From IMG/VR virus record IMGVR_UViG_3300027733_000001: 64,000 nucleotides of DNA; one strand, given 5' to 3'. The notes below the pieces were generated by a model that did no database searches, was not told where the DNA came from, and worked only from the letters and a program-made list of their open reading frames with translations. This document shows, piece by piece, positions 19,701 through 28,866 of this stretch (position 1 is the first letter of the stretch; each line of letters begins with the position of its first letter). Source of the DNA: a virus. The position numbers and the translations under genes were made by a program.

Positions 19701-20988
19701 TGTCATTAACTTTAAAAAACAACTTATCTGCTGCGGGAATGACTGGTAGCGGTGTGCCTGCTGCGACCTGCACGGTATTAGTATCGATAACTCTAGCTAT
19801 GGTATAGCTTTGAATATCTGTTTCAGATATATGCAACTGAAGTGTCCGACCTTCATGATAATTTTTTAGAAACCCATTGTTTACTGTGATTATACCGAAA
19901 CAGCGAGAAAATGGGTTGAGCGCGTCGTCAACCCCAAAATCTCCTTCATCCACATGAAAAATATACGAGCCTTCTGTGTCTGCGCTATAGCCCTTGCCGC
20001 GTGTTTCTGTACTGGAGGTCACTATCTTATCTAAGTCTGCAGCACCATCAGTTACCCTGTTTAAATAGTGCGCAAAAGCATTCATTGTCTCAGGCGAACA
20101 CTTAGGCTTGCAGTAATTCTTGAATACCAATGAATGGTCTATCTCAACCACATCACGCATTGTTATCTGCGTAGGAGAGTCATGCACAGCGAACGAATAG
20201 TAGTCATCTAATTGATGCGCTGCAGTTAGCGAATCTTTTAAAGCTAACGTGAGAGGCTCTACTGCGTAGCAAGTAGATGGGTTTAAAAATAAAGAGCCTG
20301 ACGCATTGGGCCTTACCGAGTTTATTGTATAGACTGAGGGGTCTTTTTCAGGACAATCGTTATACAGCCCTGCACCGGCGCCAGCAATCACAGAAAGCCC
20401 AACATAATTACTGGCTTCCTGTTTAAACGAGATGTTATGCATCAGTTGCAGCTTCGAGGGAGCCGTTGAGTCTGGGTATATAGTGGCTACAGGGTATATT
20501 GTGTAGTCACCGTTACTATCCTTTTCCCCTGAGTATGCGTTAAAGCTAACACTAGTTACTCTAGGAGTAGATAAGATGAAAGCTGCGTTAGCTAGTTCTG
20601 TTTCAGCTTTAGTGTATGTAGCTGAGAAATTGGGAGCGGAAGGCAATCCGGGACCTAGAACAACTTTAACTGCGTATGAGCCGCTGACACCTCCTGACGC
20701 AAAACAGACATTTTTATTGCTGTGATGGTTGATGATATCTGTCGCAGCTATAAATACCGAAGCTGCAGGAGCGGAGGTTTCGCTGTCAGCAAAAATTATC
20801 TGCAGTCCTCCAACATATTTTGATATACTGGAAATATAAACGCTTCGTAGTGTAGGAGAATACGATACGAATATGATGTCGTAGAACCAGCTATCGTCAA
20901 TAGGGTACGGATTGGAGAGGCCCGCCTTTCTAGATTTAAAGGGGTGCGCAATAAGACTATTAGCTGTCAAATACTCCAAAACTGCCAT
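13732..20988 (-). CDS. giant tail fibre/adhesin (2418 aa): He_PIG-like Ig repeats, carboxypeptidase-regulatory-like domains, six Fn3 domains, NHL beta-propeller
   Basis: LPxGLxxxxxxGxIxG repeats; NGTxYxVxVRAV Fn3 ends; six NHL blades (YIADTANHVIRKI, FVADTGNHTIRRI, YLADTGNNQIRKV, YVADTGNNKIRKL, YVADYGNNTIRKI, FVLEKWNNTVRKI). Confidence 0.88.
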   Translation of the reverse strand: MAVLEYLTANSLIAHPFKSRKAGLSNPYPIDDSWFYDIIFVSYSPTLRSVYISSISKYVGGLQIIFADSETSAPAASVFIAATDIINHHSNKNVCFASGGVSGSYAVKVVLGPGLPSAPNFSATYTKAETELANAAFILSTPRVTSVSFNAYSGEKDSNGDYTIYPVATIYPDSTAPSKLQLMHNISFKQEASNYVGLSVIAGAGAGLYNDCPEKDPSVYTINSVRPNASGSLFLNPSTCYAVEPLTLALKDSLTAAHQLDDYYSFAVHDSPTQITMRDVVEIDHSLVFKNYCKPKCSPETMNAFAHYLNRVTDGAADLDKIVTSSTETRGKGYSADTEGSYIFHVDEGDFGVDDALNPFSRCFGIITVNNGFLKNYHEGRTLQLHISETDIQSYTIARVIDTNTVQVAAGTPLPVIPAADKLFFKVNDNGVISNLNCAALSYNSNYVARTKPYFEVKYATSDSYSATGVPLSLLAVAVILYNPSTTLPNLKVVFTPSSKLSLLGYVKVRNGGITTSLVAPAYIETKLACHGHAYVEAIYSIGCGVTGGTLSIAVSDITDAASPVLLGGPYNIFNITGAECTPATPDVLHTYLIKQTTDEYGSLFEGVELLPIENTAGPSLVGNAPDWLLYNNNYVVVDPPDRKAVRLTTSAVPLAAAINSALYTLSYKVTDSLGAYVYYQIFIDFVAKPVIAAPSVYTANTPLSIKLTDIYTSTASLFTIAANNMVALSSLTKQTDYTYNVTVGDTSPVPLYEALGLNVDTTNGKVYGTLNPTLPKGSTYQLNIFATNPAGTDVATVFLHIVSDIAPELALANPEQTTYEIDNATIYANIVPLVATNPPIFKYTLIEGVLPTGLRFNEATGAISGKLTEQQAGEKTISVIAANGYGASNSVTFTISYPTILTPPTFITPVAPAQFTASIYSDYPEASPLFTATATGGGTLTYSSSVLPPGFTLDTASGKFYGKLLSSAYPANYNSVASVVKYTIQLSVSNTIGYAVIDVLVTFSTIDTPIITNLPSKLTVIKDRVYDTVNPLYKLTATNGPIFFLDTASGLPTHTLPPGLTITTSGSIIGTVLSSTAVAGDYTTTITGYNYRPTTTYGSPGAGPPATCVFEVLYTFTKPANSSVYSLTVNTPISPIAVGVCGVIGEIRPVNSITASALPIGLTLNNATASSAVGTGLTQTITGTPSVIGSTTCLLTSTSASKGTTTRYIILNVVTKTYSVSGTIKDSGTSAAIAGVTVSLDNKSVNTDIAGKYTITGLITGTAYKISAAKTGYFFAGSPKTFSVSVADVVVDFTGTTGFRQVTGRITTAAPAAVPNISVTDGISTANTDGSGNYSLTISSAATTITPLSTTYVFSPSYKLLAGSSLNTTADFTATYVGLLPAVSNLALTTGNTTLKLSFNVLTSNIPYISKFEYNYNNNGWVAFTPTAGTPVGQYTPYSYTITGLTNGTFYNVSVRAVSTANASGAVTSTAGIPISIASAPVLAVRPSDASLNLSITGVSLGGGSFLRYDYSTDNKVNWLPVPAPSYSISSQTSAGNPQLANGTTYTVYVRAVTLSGGTQLAGTASGGVSATPQKPAAAPTIVTITPASAQLGLTNITLPTGTLASAVNRYEYDVDNHEQWSAVLLGPGAVDTNWAKIIFNETYGGQTLLYSGRPTVTGSINGTTLATYNLPTAITKDNTNNFYIADTANHVIRKISSTGVVTTFAGTVGVSGTTDGVGAAARFNSPQGICTDGVTMLFVADTGNHTIRRITLSGTLAGTVVTLSGKAGVAGMTNGANTVALYNSPTGMHYYGGIIYLADTGNNQIRKVGTTGFAALLSGSSTGAAGSAESTTVNTDVSFSSPRGVHMVPPFLYVADTGNNKIRKLLYTVGRSFNANGYAGSPTNAAGSADTTLSPPILPATTPDPLTATFNQPMAVAGDASAIYVADYGNNTIRKIYISGTLVGTVTTLCGVAGAPGSDDGSGSSALFNGPTSMVLGSGTLANNLFVLEKWNNTVRKISTTGPILVNGKSYSVRVRLVTAVGPGAPSNSYRSIPGTVPSAPQNVSLAVADKSIIVSYTDPANNGGYPIGAYFYMISTVAGSFLAGVVTLPNNSVITGLTNGTTYYVRIAAQNAIGIGAWADAPAGAIPAPRPTLPSYTLTPGNTQFTFSNIKQTTGSPAVTQYQYSVDSSGIWSILPANNIITQTYLYDAVSGKTSGAATFINGTSYDISLRGTNTAGPGPGETSVGVAPGAQAGAVVSPVAYTGATFTGAIAGNILTVTNVTSGVIVVGEALTGTNVATGTTIVNQLSIAAGYAAGNRGTYTVSVTKTVAATTITATLAKSIIVTFSPPTYTGGFSVVNYEYSAVTPSTAADAWVARSDFGVGVLNASSPIVINKTSAGAALVTNTSYTVKIRAVTGFSAAPKGATSSTMTVVAK

Positions 20989-21012
20989 ATCACGTTATTG
21001 TAGCAGTTAACC

Positions 21013-21900
21013 CTAGCAGGCGCAATTGGAGTTTACCGTAGTTAGGTATGTAGATAGCTGCAAATTTGTGTTTGAGTAGCTGGTCTTCAAATCTAAAAAT
21101 TTATTTTCAAGAGACGTAAGTCTAGTAGTTAAAGTCTCAAGATCCGAGCACCCTGAGCACGGCGTACAGCAGGTGTCTGTAATATCCAGCGTATACTGCA
21201 CACTGTTTGAAATTTTCATACAGTCTATCCCCAGCAAATTAATGTTGCCTTCAGAGTCAGGCAGCACGCCATTAATACTTTGAATCGGGACGTAGCTTGT
21301 ACATTTTTTGTTGAGACCTAGATTGTCGCCGGCATCAAGAATAACTGAAGGCGTTCCTGATGTATATGAAAAGCGTAGATTGTTCCTGGAAGTTAATGTG
21401 ACTGCACCTGTCATGGAGTATTCCCCATTCGTGGAGTCTACAAATACAAACCTAGAAAGACCTACCATTCCAGGGATAATTGTTCTAGGCTCAAATTCTG
21501 TAGATGTGTTTTCAAAAATGAATAAACCTACAGGCTGTGTAACCAAATCATTCAAAGTACCTATAGTTATTTTGCCGTTCGCTCCTGCGTAGCTAGCTGT
21601 GGGTGTAAGGTAATAGTCTTGATCTTCAGTATGTGTCGATTTTTCAATATTTATAGCCCCTACTACAGCAGCATTGTCGTATTTACTTATCTCGATATTG
21701 ACCGAAGACAGTTTATTAAATATTTTAGATATGTAGAACCTGTCTGTGACTGTGCTGGTGGCACACAGTGTAAAGTCAACAATTAAGGTGTCAGGTATGT
21801 TGAAAAGCCCGTCTGTGCTGGTGGCGCTTGTACCCTCTCGTAATGGATACCTACGAAGGCTGTTTAAACTCGACCAATCTAAACTATCGATCCACGGCAT
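21013..21900 (-). CDS. tail/fibre paralogue 1
   Basis: DWSSLNSLRRYPL; QSINGVLPDSEGNINL; CCTPCSGC followed by a coiled coil. Confidence 0.75.
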   Translation of the reverse strand: MPWIDSLDWSSLNSLRRYPLREGTSATSTDGLFNIPDTLIVDFTLCATSTVTDRFYISKIFNKLSSVNIEISKYDNAAVVGAINIEKSTHTEDQDYYLTPTASYAGANGKITIGTLNDLVTQPVGLFIFENTSTEFEPRTIIPGMVGLSRFVFVDSTNGEYSMTGAVTLTSRNNLRFSYTSGTPSVILDAGDNLGLNKKCTSYVPIQSINGVLPDSEGNINLLGIDCMKISNSVQYTLDITDTCCTPCSGCSDLETLTTRLTSLENKFLDLKTSYSNTNLQLSTYLTTVNSNCAC

Positions 21901-21906
21901 AAAAAA

Positions 21907-23898
21907 TTAGGTTGCGGCTGAAGGAATACTCCAGTACGTCGCAAGTATTCCAATATTGCCTGTATAAGCTGATGCGATCGGAGCCACTCTAGTTATCTTA
22001 AAATTAACTATCGAATCTTCACTGACTGCCGCGCCAGGGATAACCAAAAGACTAGGTGAAACTTTGGTGGAGGTATAGGCGTTATATGTACCCATTGAAA
22101 ATGTTGCAGTCACCGGAGGACTAGCTAACGTACCTACTGAGGTGCTACCTATCACAGGATATGCTCCATTTATTGCTGAAACTGTTGAGTACTCAAAAGT
22201 CATAGCGACGTTGCCGTTGCCTCCAGAAGCTACAGACACATCTCCAAATAAATGAAACACTATATATAGATCCTTGCCGGTGAAATAGCCTTTAGGTAAC
22301 ACAATTTTACCTACGAAGCCGTACGATGTAGTGTACACCGCCGGTAGTTTTAGATAGCTTGATAGCCCTCGGAACTCGAGTCTAGCGTTGACTGGCTCAA
22401 TAGAATCCACTAAACCCACTGCCCCCTCTGACAGATAACTAATCTGCCACACACCTGCTCCAGTATCGGTGACACCGATACCTTTTGTACCTGTGAGCTT
22501 AGATACCACGGGGGTAACAACAGCCTTGAATGCCCCGTCAGTTTTAGAGTAAGCCATCGCTGCCAAGGCCCTACCTGCAGTATATGTGGCTGTGCTAGCT
22601 GTTGGGTAATCTGTAAGTGTACCTAGTGTCGAGGCAGCATAGCCCACTGCACTAATAGGTGCGTCTATATCTACCAACAGGTCGCCTGTAAGTGCTTGCT
22701 GGGTCGGATTATCTTTACTATAAAACTTGATAAAATTGCTTACCGGCGACGTCATCGGAGCCAGTGAGCTAACCAATTGTGTGCGTAGCGCTGGATTAAA
22801 CTTTGCGAAGCTTATGAATGTATTAACCCTAGATGTGGTACCTAAAGTTGTCTTGATGCTTGCCCAGTTAGCGGGTGCATTAGACGTTGTCGGATATGAC
22901 TGAGACCAAGGCACTTCATTCTGCTTATTGGAATACCACCATATTCCGTAGCTGTCTATGGAATATCTACCTAAGGTATCATACTGGTCATTATATCTAG
23001 CCAAGACCCCATTAACATATAATTGATTAAAGTTGGCTGGAATAGGAGGAAGGTTTTTTGATAACTCGGCTGCTTCCTGCTGCTCTGCGGTAGTAGTATA
23101 ATTATCTAAAGTCTGCATTGTGTCTGCAGACGGTATATTATATCGGAACAATGCGCCTGTGGGAAAACTACCAGTAGCAGGCACCCATCCTAATGCATTT
23201 AAATTTACATTAGTAATTGTCCATGTCGCTGTTCCTGAGTTATACACAGGCGTCCCAGCCACACGATCCAAAATATGGAACCTGTAGTTGATGAAGAACT
23301 GCGAAAATTCATCGACATTTGTGTGCAGTATGAATTTGGTGGTGCTGATAGCGTAACCCACATAGACAGGAATACCTGCGGGGTCTCTTGTGATTTTACC
23401 AGGACTCTTTGCAGATAGGTAATACGGCCCTACAGCAAAAGTTTCTACTACACCATTAGCGTCTTTTTGAATAAGTCCTAGTGTAGAGTCATTCAGTGCT
23501 ACATCCAACTCACACAAACCTTCAATAAATAGATCTGCTGTATTTTGCAGAGGATTGACAGATTTCACCAAACCGAACGAGTAGTTCGATGTGTTTGGTG
23601 TGAACATAGATGAAGAGGAGTTTGAAGTAAATCCTGTGGTTCCTTTGGCTAGCCCCGCTCCATCACTATCAGATTTATAATACGCTAAAGACAATTCTCC
23701 TGTAGCGAACGATGCTTTCGGGTGTATCGGCTGATCTGTCACCACCAACACGCTTTTGTTGGATAGTTGCGCGAACTTATCATACAGATGCTGATCTCTC
23801 TGTGTAAGCTGGTCGATTGGGGTGTTTAGTGTAGCTTGATCGATGATGTCACCATCACTGATTCTTGTTACAGTAGGTACCCAGGGAGTAACGCTCAT
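21907..23898 (-). CDS. baseplate/fibre attachment protein
   Basis: N-terminal ISDGDIIDQATLNTPIDQLTQRDQHL, typical of fibre-anchor N-termini; position after the baseplate wedge genes. Confidence 0.6.
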   Translation of the reverse strand: MSVTPWVPTVTRISDGDIIDQATLNTPIDQLTQRDQHLYDKFAQLSNKSVLVVTDQPIHPKASFATGELSLAYYKSDSDGAGLAKGTTGFTSNSSSSMFTPNTSNYSFGLVKSVNPLQNTADLFIEGLCELDVALNDSTLGLIQKDANGVVETFAVGPYYLSAKSPGKITRDPAGIPVYVGYAISTTKFILHTNVDEFSQFFINYRFHILDRVAGTPVYNSGTATWTITNVNLNALGWVPATGSFPTGALFRYNIPSADTMQTLDNYTTTAEQQEAAELSKNLPPIPANFNQLYVNGVLARYNDQYDTLGRYSIDSYGIWWYSNKQNEVPWSQSYPTTSNAPANWASIKTTLGTTSRVNTFISFAKFNPALRTQLVSSLAPMTSPVSNFIKFYSKDNPTQQALTGDLLVDIDAPISAVGYAASTLGTLTDYPTASTATYTAGRALAAMAYSKTDGAFKAVVTPVVSKLTGTKGIGVTDTGAGVWQISYLSEGAVGLVDSIEPVNARLEFRGLSSYLKLPAVYTTSYGFVGKIVLPKGYFTGKDLYIVFHLFGDVSVASGGNGNVAMTFEYSTVSAINGAYPVIGSTSVGTLASPPVTATFSMGTYNAYTSTKVSPSLLVIPGAAVSEDSIVNFKITRVAPIASAYTGNIGILATYWSIPSAAT

Positions 23899-23909
23899 AA
23901 TTATATAGG

Positions 23910-24467
23910 TTAAGGTAACAAGATTCTAACTCCCCAAGTAATGGTAAAGTTGTAGGTGCTGTCGTATTTGATTGGATTGAAACTAGTCCTGGAAAACACC
24001 ACATCGCCTGAAGCAGTGCCTGTGGGTGCTGAAATCAAGGCAACTTCATAAATACTGCAACTGGTATCAAAGTTTGCGCCGCCTGCTTTGGTGGCTGAAG
24101 TAACCATCGTAGAAAACAAAACTGTGTTTGAATCATACCCTGACGCAGACATATAGCTAGGGGTGAACGTTAACGGCTCACGCAAATAGCCAAAAGGGCT
24201 AACAAAGCTGGAAAAGGGGTAAGTATAGTTAACGTCGATCGTAGGGGCTGAAAAAGAACTGGTGTTGTTATAACCGATATACATTCCCCATATATTCCAA
24301 TTGGTGCTGCCTCCGAGTGTCTGTGCAATAATCTTTGTGCCGCCTCTGAGAATCATGTTTGGCTTATCCACAACTAAAAACGATTCTCCTGTAGACGGAT
24401 CTACTTTCCAAATCTTTACAAACCCTGCCAGAGCTTTGTCGGCATCTAAAATTTCTGTAGTTGACAT
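23910..24467 (-). CDS. baseplate/tail-collar protein
   Basis: NMILRGGTKIIAQTLGG...GMYIG pattern and synteny. Confidence 0.55.
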   Translation of the reverse strand: MSTTEILDADKALAGFVKIWKVDPSTGESFLVVDKPNMILRGGTKIIAQTLGGSTNWNIWGMYIGYNNTSSFSAPTIDVNYTYPFSSFVSPFGYLREPLTFTPSYMSASGYDSNTVLFSTMVTSATKAGGANFDTSCSIYEVALISAPTGTASGDVVFSRTSFNPIKYDSTYNFTITWGVRILLP

Positions 24468-24491
24468 ATGGTAATTCTATTTCTTTTCTAT

Positions 24492-26339
24492 CTAAAAGTC
24501 TATCAGTAAGATCGTAGGAATCTCTCTGTTAGTTGGTCTCCTGAATACAGATTCACCTATAGGCTTTACGCTCAATGGAATGTCTGTGCGCAGAAGTCCA
24601 CATTTTATACTTCTATTTGCTGCTCCGGTGGCTCCTTCTACAATTACTGAGTCACTCATGTACAAAGTGTCCAGATTCAACGTTCCTCCGTATCTAGTTG
24701 TACCGTCTGCATACAATGGATATCCTGATTTTAAAGGCCCCTTGGATACACAGAACATGCGATTGACATAGTCCTTGTAATACATAGTATCTGCCGGGAA
24801 TACTCCAGGTCTGACTCCTGTATTCGTGGAACCATCCGCACAGAAAGTTACTCCCGGGAAAGCTGCTATAGATAATGAAGAGTTTAAATTATCTAGTTCC
24901 TCTGTAGGTCTGTACATGTTCACGTACAGAAGCAAGTAAACATGAGGAGAGAGATACTGACGTATTACTCCAAACAAATTAAAAAATAGGTTAATCTGCG
25001 TGTCTGTATAAAAAGTCAGCCGGATAAACAGTGTGTTGTTTTTAAAAAAATGATTGAATACGAAATCTAACGGATTCACTACCATGGTTGTGGATGTGGC
25101 AGACAATCTAAGCACAGCCATGATCTCTTCTTTATTTTCTGGAAGATTAATATAGTCCTGAAATGACTGCACATCTTCAGCATTGCCTTGCACAGGGAAC
25201 GTAATGCGTCCTGTGTTTGAACTATACGTGATGATTGATGCAGTATTCGCAAAGAACAGCTGCCTTGTAAGGCTCGCCGCAAAAACATGACTGGCGAAAC
25301 CTAGCTTATCGGTGGCGACCTCTCGCTTCCACCAGGACGGGTCTACGGCTGTATCGTACAGGCTTGCATTATCTGTCAGAATGTCGCCGGCATGTAGCTT
25401 GGCGCCAACAATAACATAAGATTGCAACTGATAATCTACGGGTGCGCGATACACATTTTTGTCAGTGACTATATAGGTGTGAGTCGCCAAATCGTAAATG
25501 TCTTCTACCGTCTCTGTAGGCTCTATAACTATCGGCACATCCATCAATGCTGCAATAGCCTTGTTTAAGGCAGTTATAGTTGGTCCCTCTACCGCGAGGT
25601 TCATCAGCGCCTTCAATAGGTCTTTATAGTTCTGAGAGGTTGGGAGGTATAGGTCAAACAAAACTCCGAAATTATCGTATAGAGCTTCATGGTCTTGCTC
25701 AACATCATATAGCCACAATACTATGAATTCGTCATCCTGTGTCTTCCCTGAAGTATCTATATATGTGGCCTGAACACCTGTATCAGTAATAAGCTTTGCT
25801 CTAGGTATGCTAGGTTCAGCAAAAAGGTTTCTATTGAACAGTAACGCATCGTCTTTGAAAATTATATCCACTCCTGGAAGAAGTAGAAGCGATGGTGACA
25901 GTATACGATTGGCTAGTGCACCAAATCTTTTAATACTGAATGGTGGTTTGAAGCTGTAGGCGCTAGCGCTTTCCTTGGGGTAACCAACACGAAAAAGTTT
26001 GCTAGCATATAATGGATCTGCTGCAGACTGTAGACCAAACACTAGATTGTCTCCTGCCTGCACAGGCAGTGCGTTAAATTCAGATTTTTTTATAAGTAAC
26101 GCCTTCCACTTTTCTCTATGAAAGATATCTATCTCTTTTACGGAAAACTGCTTCACTACCTCGACCAGGTTATAATAGGACTGAATCAGCTCTTCAGCCA
26201 TACCTAATGTGTAGCCTCTCAAAGCCTCCTTATCTGTGAACAGCTGCGTCCAGAATGACCCTAGAGAGCGGTACAAGAACTGTCCGTCTGTTACTGTATT
26301 GGTCGGATAGTCGGAACTGGGAAGAAAATCCAGGGTCAT
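24492..26339 (-). CDS. baseplate wedge protein (gpI/gp7-like)
   Basis: Follows the baseplate J gene; LYDNFGVLFDL...YKDLLKALMNLAVEGPT motif. Confidence 0.65.
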   Translation of the reverse strand: MTLDFLPSSDYPTNTVTDGQFLYRSLGSFWTQLFTDKEALRGYTLGMAEELIQSYYNLVEVVKQFSVKEIDIFHREKWKALLIKKSEFNALPVQAGDNLVFGLQSAADPLYASKLFRVGYPKESASAYSFKPPFSIKRFGALANRILSPSLLLLPGVDIIFKDDALLFNRNLFAEPSIPRAKLITDTGVQATYIDTSGKTQDDEFIVLWLYDVEQDHEALYDNFGVLFDLYLPTSQNYKDLLKALMNLAVEGPTITALNKAIAALMDVPIVIEPTETVEDIYDLATHTYIVTDKNVYRAPVDYQLQSYVIVGAKLHAGDILTDNASLYDTAVDPSWWKREVATDKLGFASHVFAASLTRQLFFANTASIITYSSNTGRITFPVQGNAEDVQSFQDYINLPENKEEIMAVLRLSATSTTMVVNPLDFVFNHFFKNNTLFIRLTFYTDTQINLFFNLFGVIRQYLSPHVYLLLYVNMYRPTEELDNLNSSLSIAAFPGVTFCADGSTNTGVRPGVFPADTMYYKDYVNRMFCVSKGPLKSGYPLYADGTTRYGGTLNLDTLYMSDSVIVEGATGAANRSIKCGLLRTDIPLSVKPIGESVFRRPTNREIPTILLIDF

Positions 26340-26340
26340 A

Positions 26341-27966
26341 TTATGCGATGTTTAACCCTATGTTATCCTGAGGATTTACAACACCATCCACTGTTTTATA
26401 GTAATCGATGAAGTATAGTGTTGTTTTTGGTGAAACTCCACGTGCCAAATTTTTAGGAATCTCCAATACGTCCGTGTCTGTTAATGTAATAGGCGCACCT
26501 GCGTCAGGGCATAAGATTTGTCCTGTCATAGTTATGGGAAGATCTACGCGCTTAATGTCGTAGTTGTGACAGATATCTACAATATTGGAAGCATGTAATT
26601 CTCCACCAAACGGTATAGAATTGACATACGTAAATATATCTTTTTTTAGATTTTGGAGATTAAGCGATTCGTAAGTGTCAGTACTTCTTTTTTTGGTCAA
26701 GTTTATGATCAATGACACCATGCAGGGCACAGCTGCCTTCACAAGATAGTCTGCGCAGGCCAATCTTTCCTCATCCTGCAGTAGCAGATCCTGCATCTCT
26801 AGAATATTGGGCTGATATGTGGCACTGATCTTGAACTGTGCAGTTCCGCCCACAGCGATCGCTGGAGTTTCTGTATATGTGAAGGTGACGACTGCGGATT
26901 GATACTTTGTGAATCTAGAGTCCGAGTTAACAGAGATCTCATTATTCCTGGCGTCTTCATAAAAAGCAGTAGAATAGCTTACAGACTTTGCCAGCAGCAA
27001 CGTTCCTCCTAGGTTTAAATTAGCCGTCACCGGGATAATAGATTTGATTTCATAGAACCCAGGGATGTCGGTATTTTTTATAGTAGTCTGCCAAGTATCT
27101 GTGGATATTTTTGTAGCTGTCTTTACTATCTCCAGGGTCTCTGGCCCTAGGCTGCTTCTAACATAGACGTCTGCTTTACCGAAAGTGGAGATACCTAAAA
27201 CATTACGTTTTGAGCGCATCATCTCGTCGTCATTTGCGCCACATACAGACAGCGTCTGGAAGCCAGGGAACAAAGTACTGAATCTACTAGCTATGCCTGC
27301 TGCAGTGGTCAGACGACTATTACCTAGCTTGTACTGTATTTTAGCCACCAGCTCTTTGTCAGTCTCAGGAGATTTACCTGTAGCAAAATTTCCATAAGCT
27401 TCAGCTTTTACAAAATTAGATATGTAGTACTTTTCCGCAACATCGAAAGTGGTTCCTGAGGACAACTGGTACTCAGGACCTTCAGTCTCAGCTACTACAG
27501 GAAGGATAAAATAAAACAACCCATTATCAGAGTATAGCTGCAATTCGCCAAGTGTAAGGGAAGGTGTCGGGCTTATTCTTACATCCGAGGTGAGGGTGTA
27601 ATTCAAATTGAGTGCTGGCTGTACAAAGGTCAGACCGGATCTAAGCGTATAGCCTACGTTGTCCGATACAGACACTTTGATTCTTCCTGTCACTTTTATA
27701 CCCGCGCTCCTTGAGGTATTATAGTTGGAGGCGATATAGTCCAGTACTGGAGAATATGTTGCGGTCACTGTAGAGTCTAACACAGCCTTAATAGAGGCGC
27801 CCTGCGACAAACTAGTGATTGTGTTATACTGATCGTTTTGAATTTGCGCAGCAAGCTTGAGTAACAGTTCACTGATGACTGAACCTGGTCCCGTCTCAAC
27901 ATCTGTATAGGTCTGCTCAATGAAGGCTGTGAGCCTGCTAAGTGTGTCTGCTATTGTCTCAGCCAT
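26341..27966 (-). CDS. baseplate J-like wedge protein
   Basis: GPGSVISELL, GKSPETDKELVAKI and synteny after the gp25-like gene. Confidence 0.85.
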   Translation of the reverse strand: MAETIADTLSRLTAFIEQTYTDVETGPGSVISELLLKLAAQIQNDQYNTITSLSQGASIKAVLDSTVTATYSPVLDYIASNYNTSRSAGIKVTGRIKVSVSDNVGYTLRSGLTFVQPALNLNYTLTSDVRISPTPSLTLGELQLYSDNGLFYFILPVVAETEGPEYQLSSGTTFDVAEKYYISNFVKAEAYGNFATGKSPETDKELVAKIQYKLGNSRLTTAAGIASRFSTLFPGFQTLSVCGANDDEMMRSKRNVLGISTFGKADVYVRSSLGPETLEIVKTATKISTDTWQTTIKNTDIPGFYEIKSIIPVTANLNLGGTLLLAKSVSYSTAFYEDARNNEISVNSDSRFTKYQSAVVTFTYTETPAIAVGGTAQFKISATYQPNILEMQDLLLQDEERLACADYLVKAAVPCMVSLIINLTKKRSTDTYESLNLQNLKKDIFTYVNSIPFGGELHASNIVDICHNYDIKRVDLPITMTGQILCPDAGAPITLTDTDVLEIPKNLARGVSPKTTLYFIDYYKTVDGVVNPQDNIGLNIA

Positions 27967-27971
27967 AAAAT

Positions 27972-28448
27972 TTATTTTGGTAAGGGTATAAGGAAATTCA
28001 TAGAGCTACCCGCTTCGGTGGCTATAGCTACATCAAAAGAAGCAGCTCCGTTGTATAGAGTGATTGCTTGCAGGGTGGCTGATACAATCCGTTCGTCGTC
28101 CGGAATATCATTACGTGATGTTTGGTAGTTCTTTAAAAGGTTTACAGCATCATAGCTGGCTAGATTAAAAATCTGTGTAGCACGCAATCTGTCTACAGAG
28201 GAAACACCTCCCTGCATTGTGGCTAGAAAATTTGTACCGAATGTAGGGTAGTTCAACTGAGTACCTATATTGGTCAGCAGAACAATTGCATACTTTTGAA
28301 TGATTTTCTGCAGCCCTGCACAAAACTGCCCATGCTTACCGAAAGCTAGCGTAATGTTCTGAGGTCCCGCCATCATCGCGTCAGGCGAGTGCATAACACT
28401 TATGTCTTTTTTCCTTCCGGTGTAATTTGTACTGGTAGAGACGATCAT
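27972..28448 (-). CDS. gp25/gpW-like baseplate protein (sheath initiator)
   Basis: LQKIIQKYAIVLLTNIGTQLNYPTFGT pattern, size and synteny. Confidence 0.8.
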   Translation of the reverse strand: MIVSTSTNYTGRKKDISVMHSPDAMMAGPQNITLAFGKHGQFCAGLQKIIQKYAIVLLTNIGTQLNYPTFGTNFLATMQGGVSSVDRLRATQIFNLASYDAVNLLKNYQTSRNDIPDDERIVSATLQAITLYNGAASFDVAIATEAGSSMNFLIPLPK

Positions 28449-28452
28449 ATTA

Positions 28453-28866
28453 TTAGCTCATGTTTTTGTCGAACTCATCGAAAAGAGCTTGGGCTTGAGC
28501 ACAAGAAGCCATATTCCTTACAGCTTTTTGAGATAGGTCATCTCTATAATAATGCATTCTTCCTTTATACCGCTGAACGAAACATTTGTTAAAGCTGTAC
28601 AGCGCACTGATCTCCACCTTAAGAGCACTAACTCCTTTAGCAGATTTAACATCTTTATTCTGGTAGCGCTCCTTAAATTGACTGTTCAGCTCTTTTCTGT
28701 CTGTACATTCCCTGAGGTCTTCAAGCTTCAGAGTTTTGTCATACTCTATAGAGCTTAAGAACCATGAGCGTCCGGTTGAATCATTTTCCTGTACCCGTCC
28801 AGCAGGAATCTCTGCCTGCATCCAGACTTCGAATTTTTTGAGCAGATCATGGAATTTTTTAATCAT
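28453..28866 (-). CDS. hypothetical protein
   Basis: 137-aa ORF tiling between the sigma and gp25-like genes. Confidence 0.7.
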   Translation of the reverse strand: MIKKFHDLLKKFEVWMQAEIPAGRVQENDSTGRSWFLSSIEYDKTLKLEDLRECTDRKELNSQFKERYQNKDVKSAKGVSALKVEISALYSFNKCFVQRYKGRMHYYRDDLSQKAVRNMASCAQAQALFDEFDKNMS

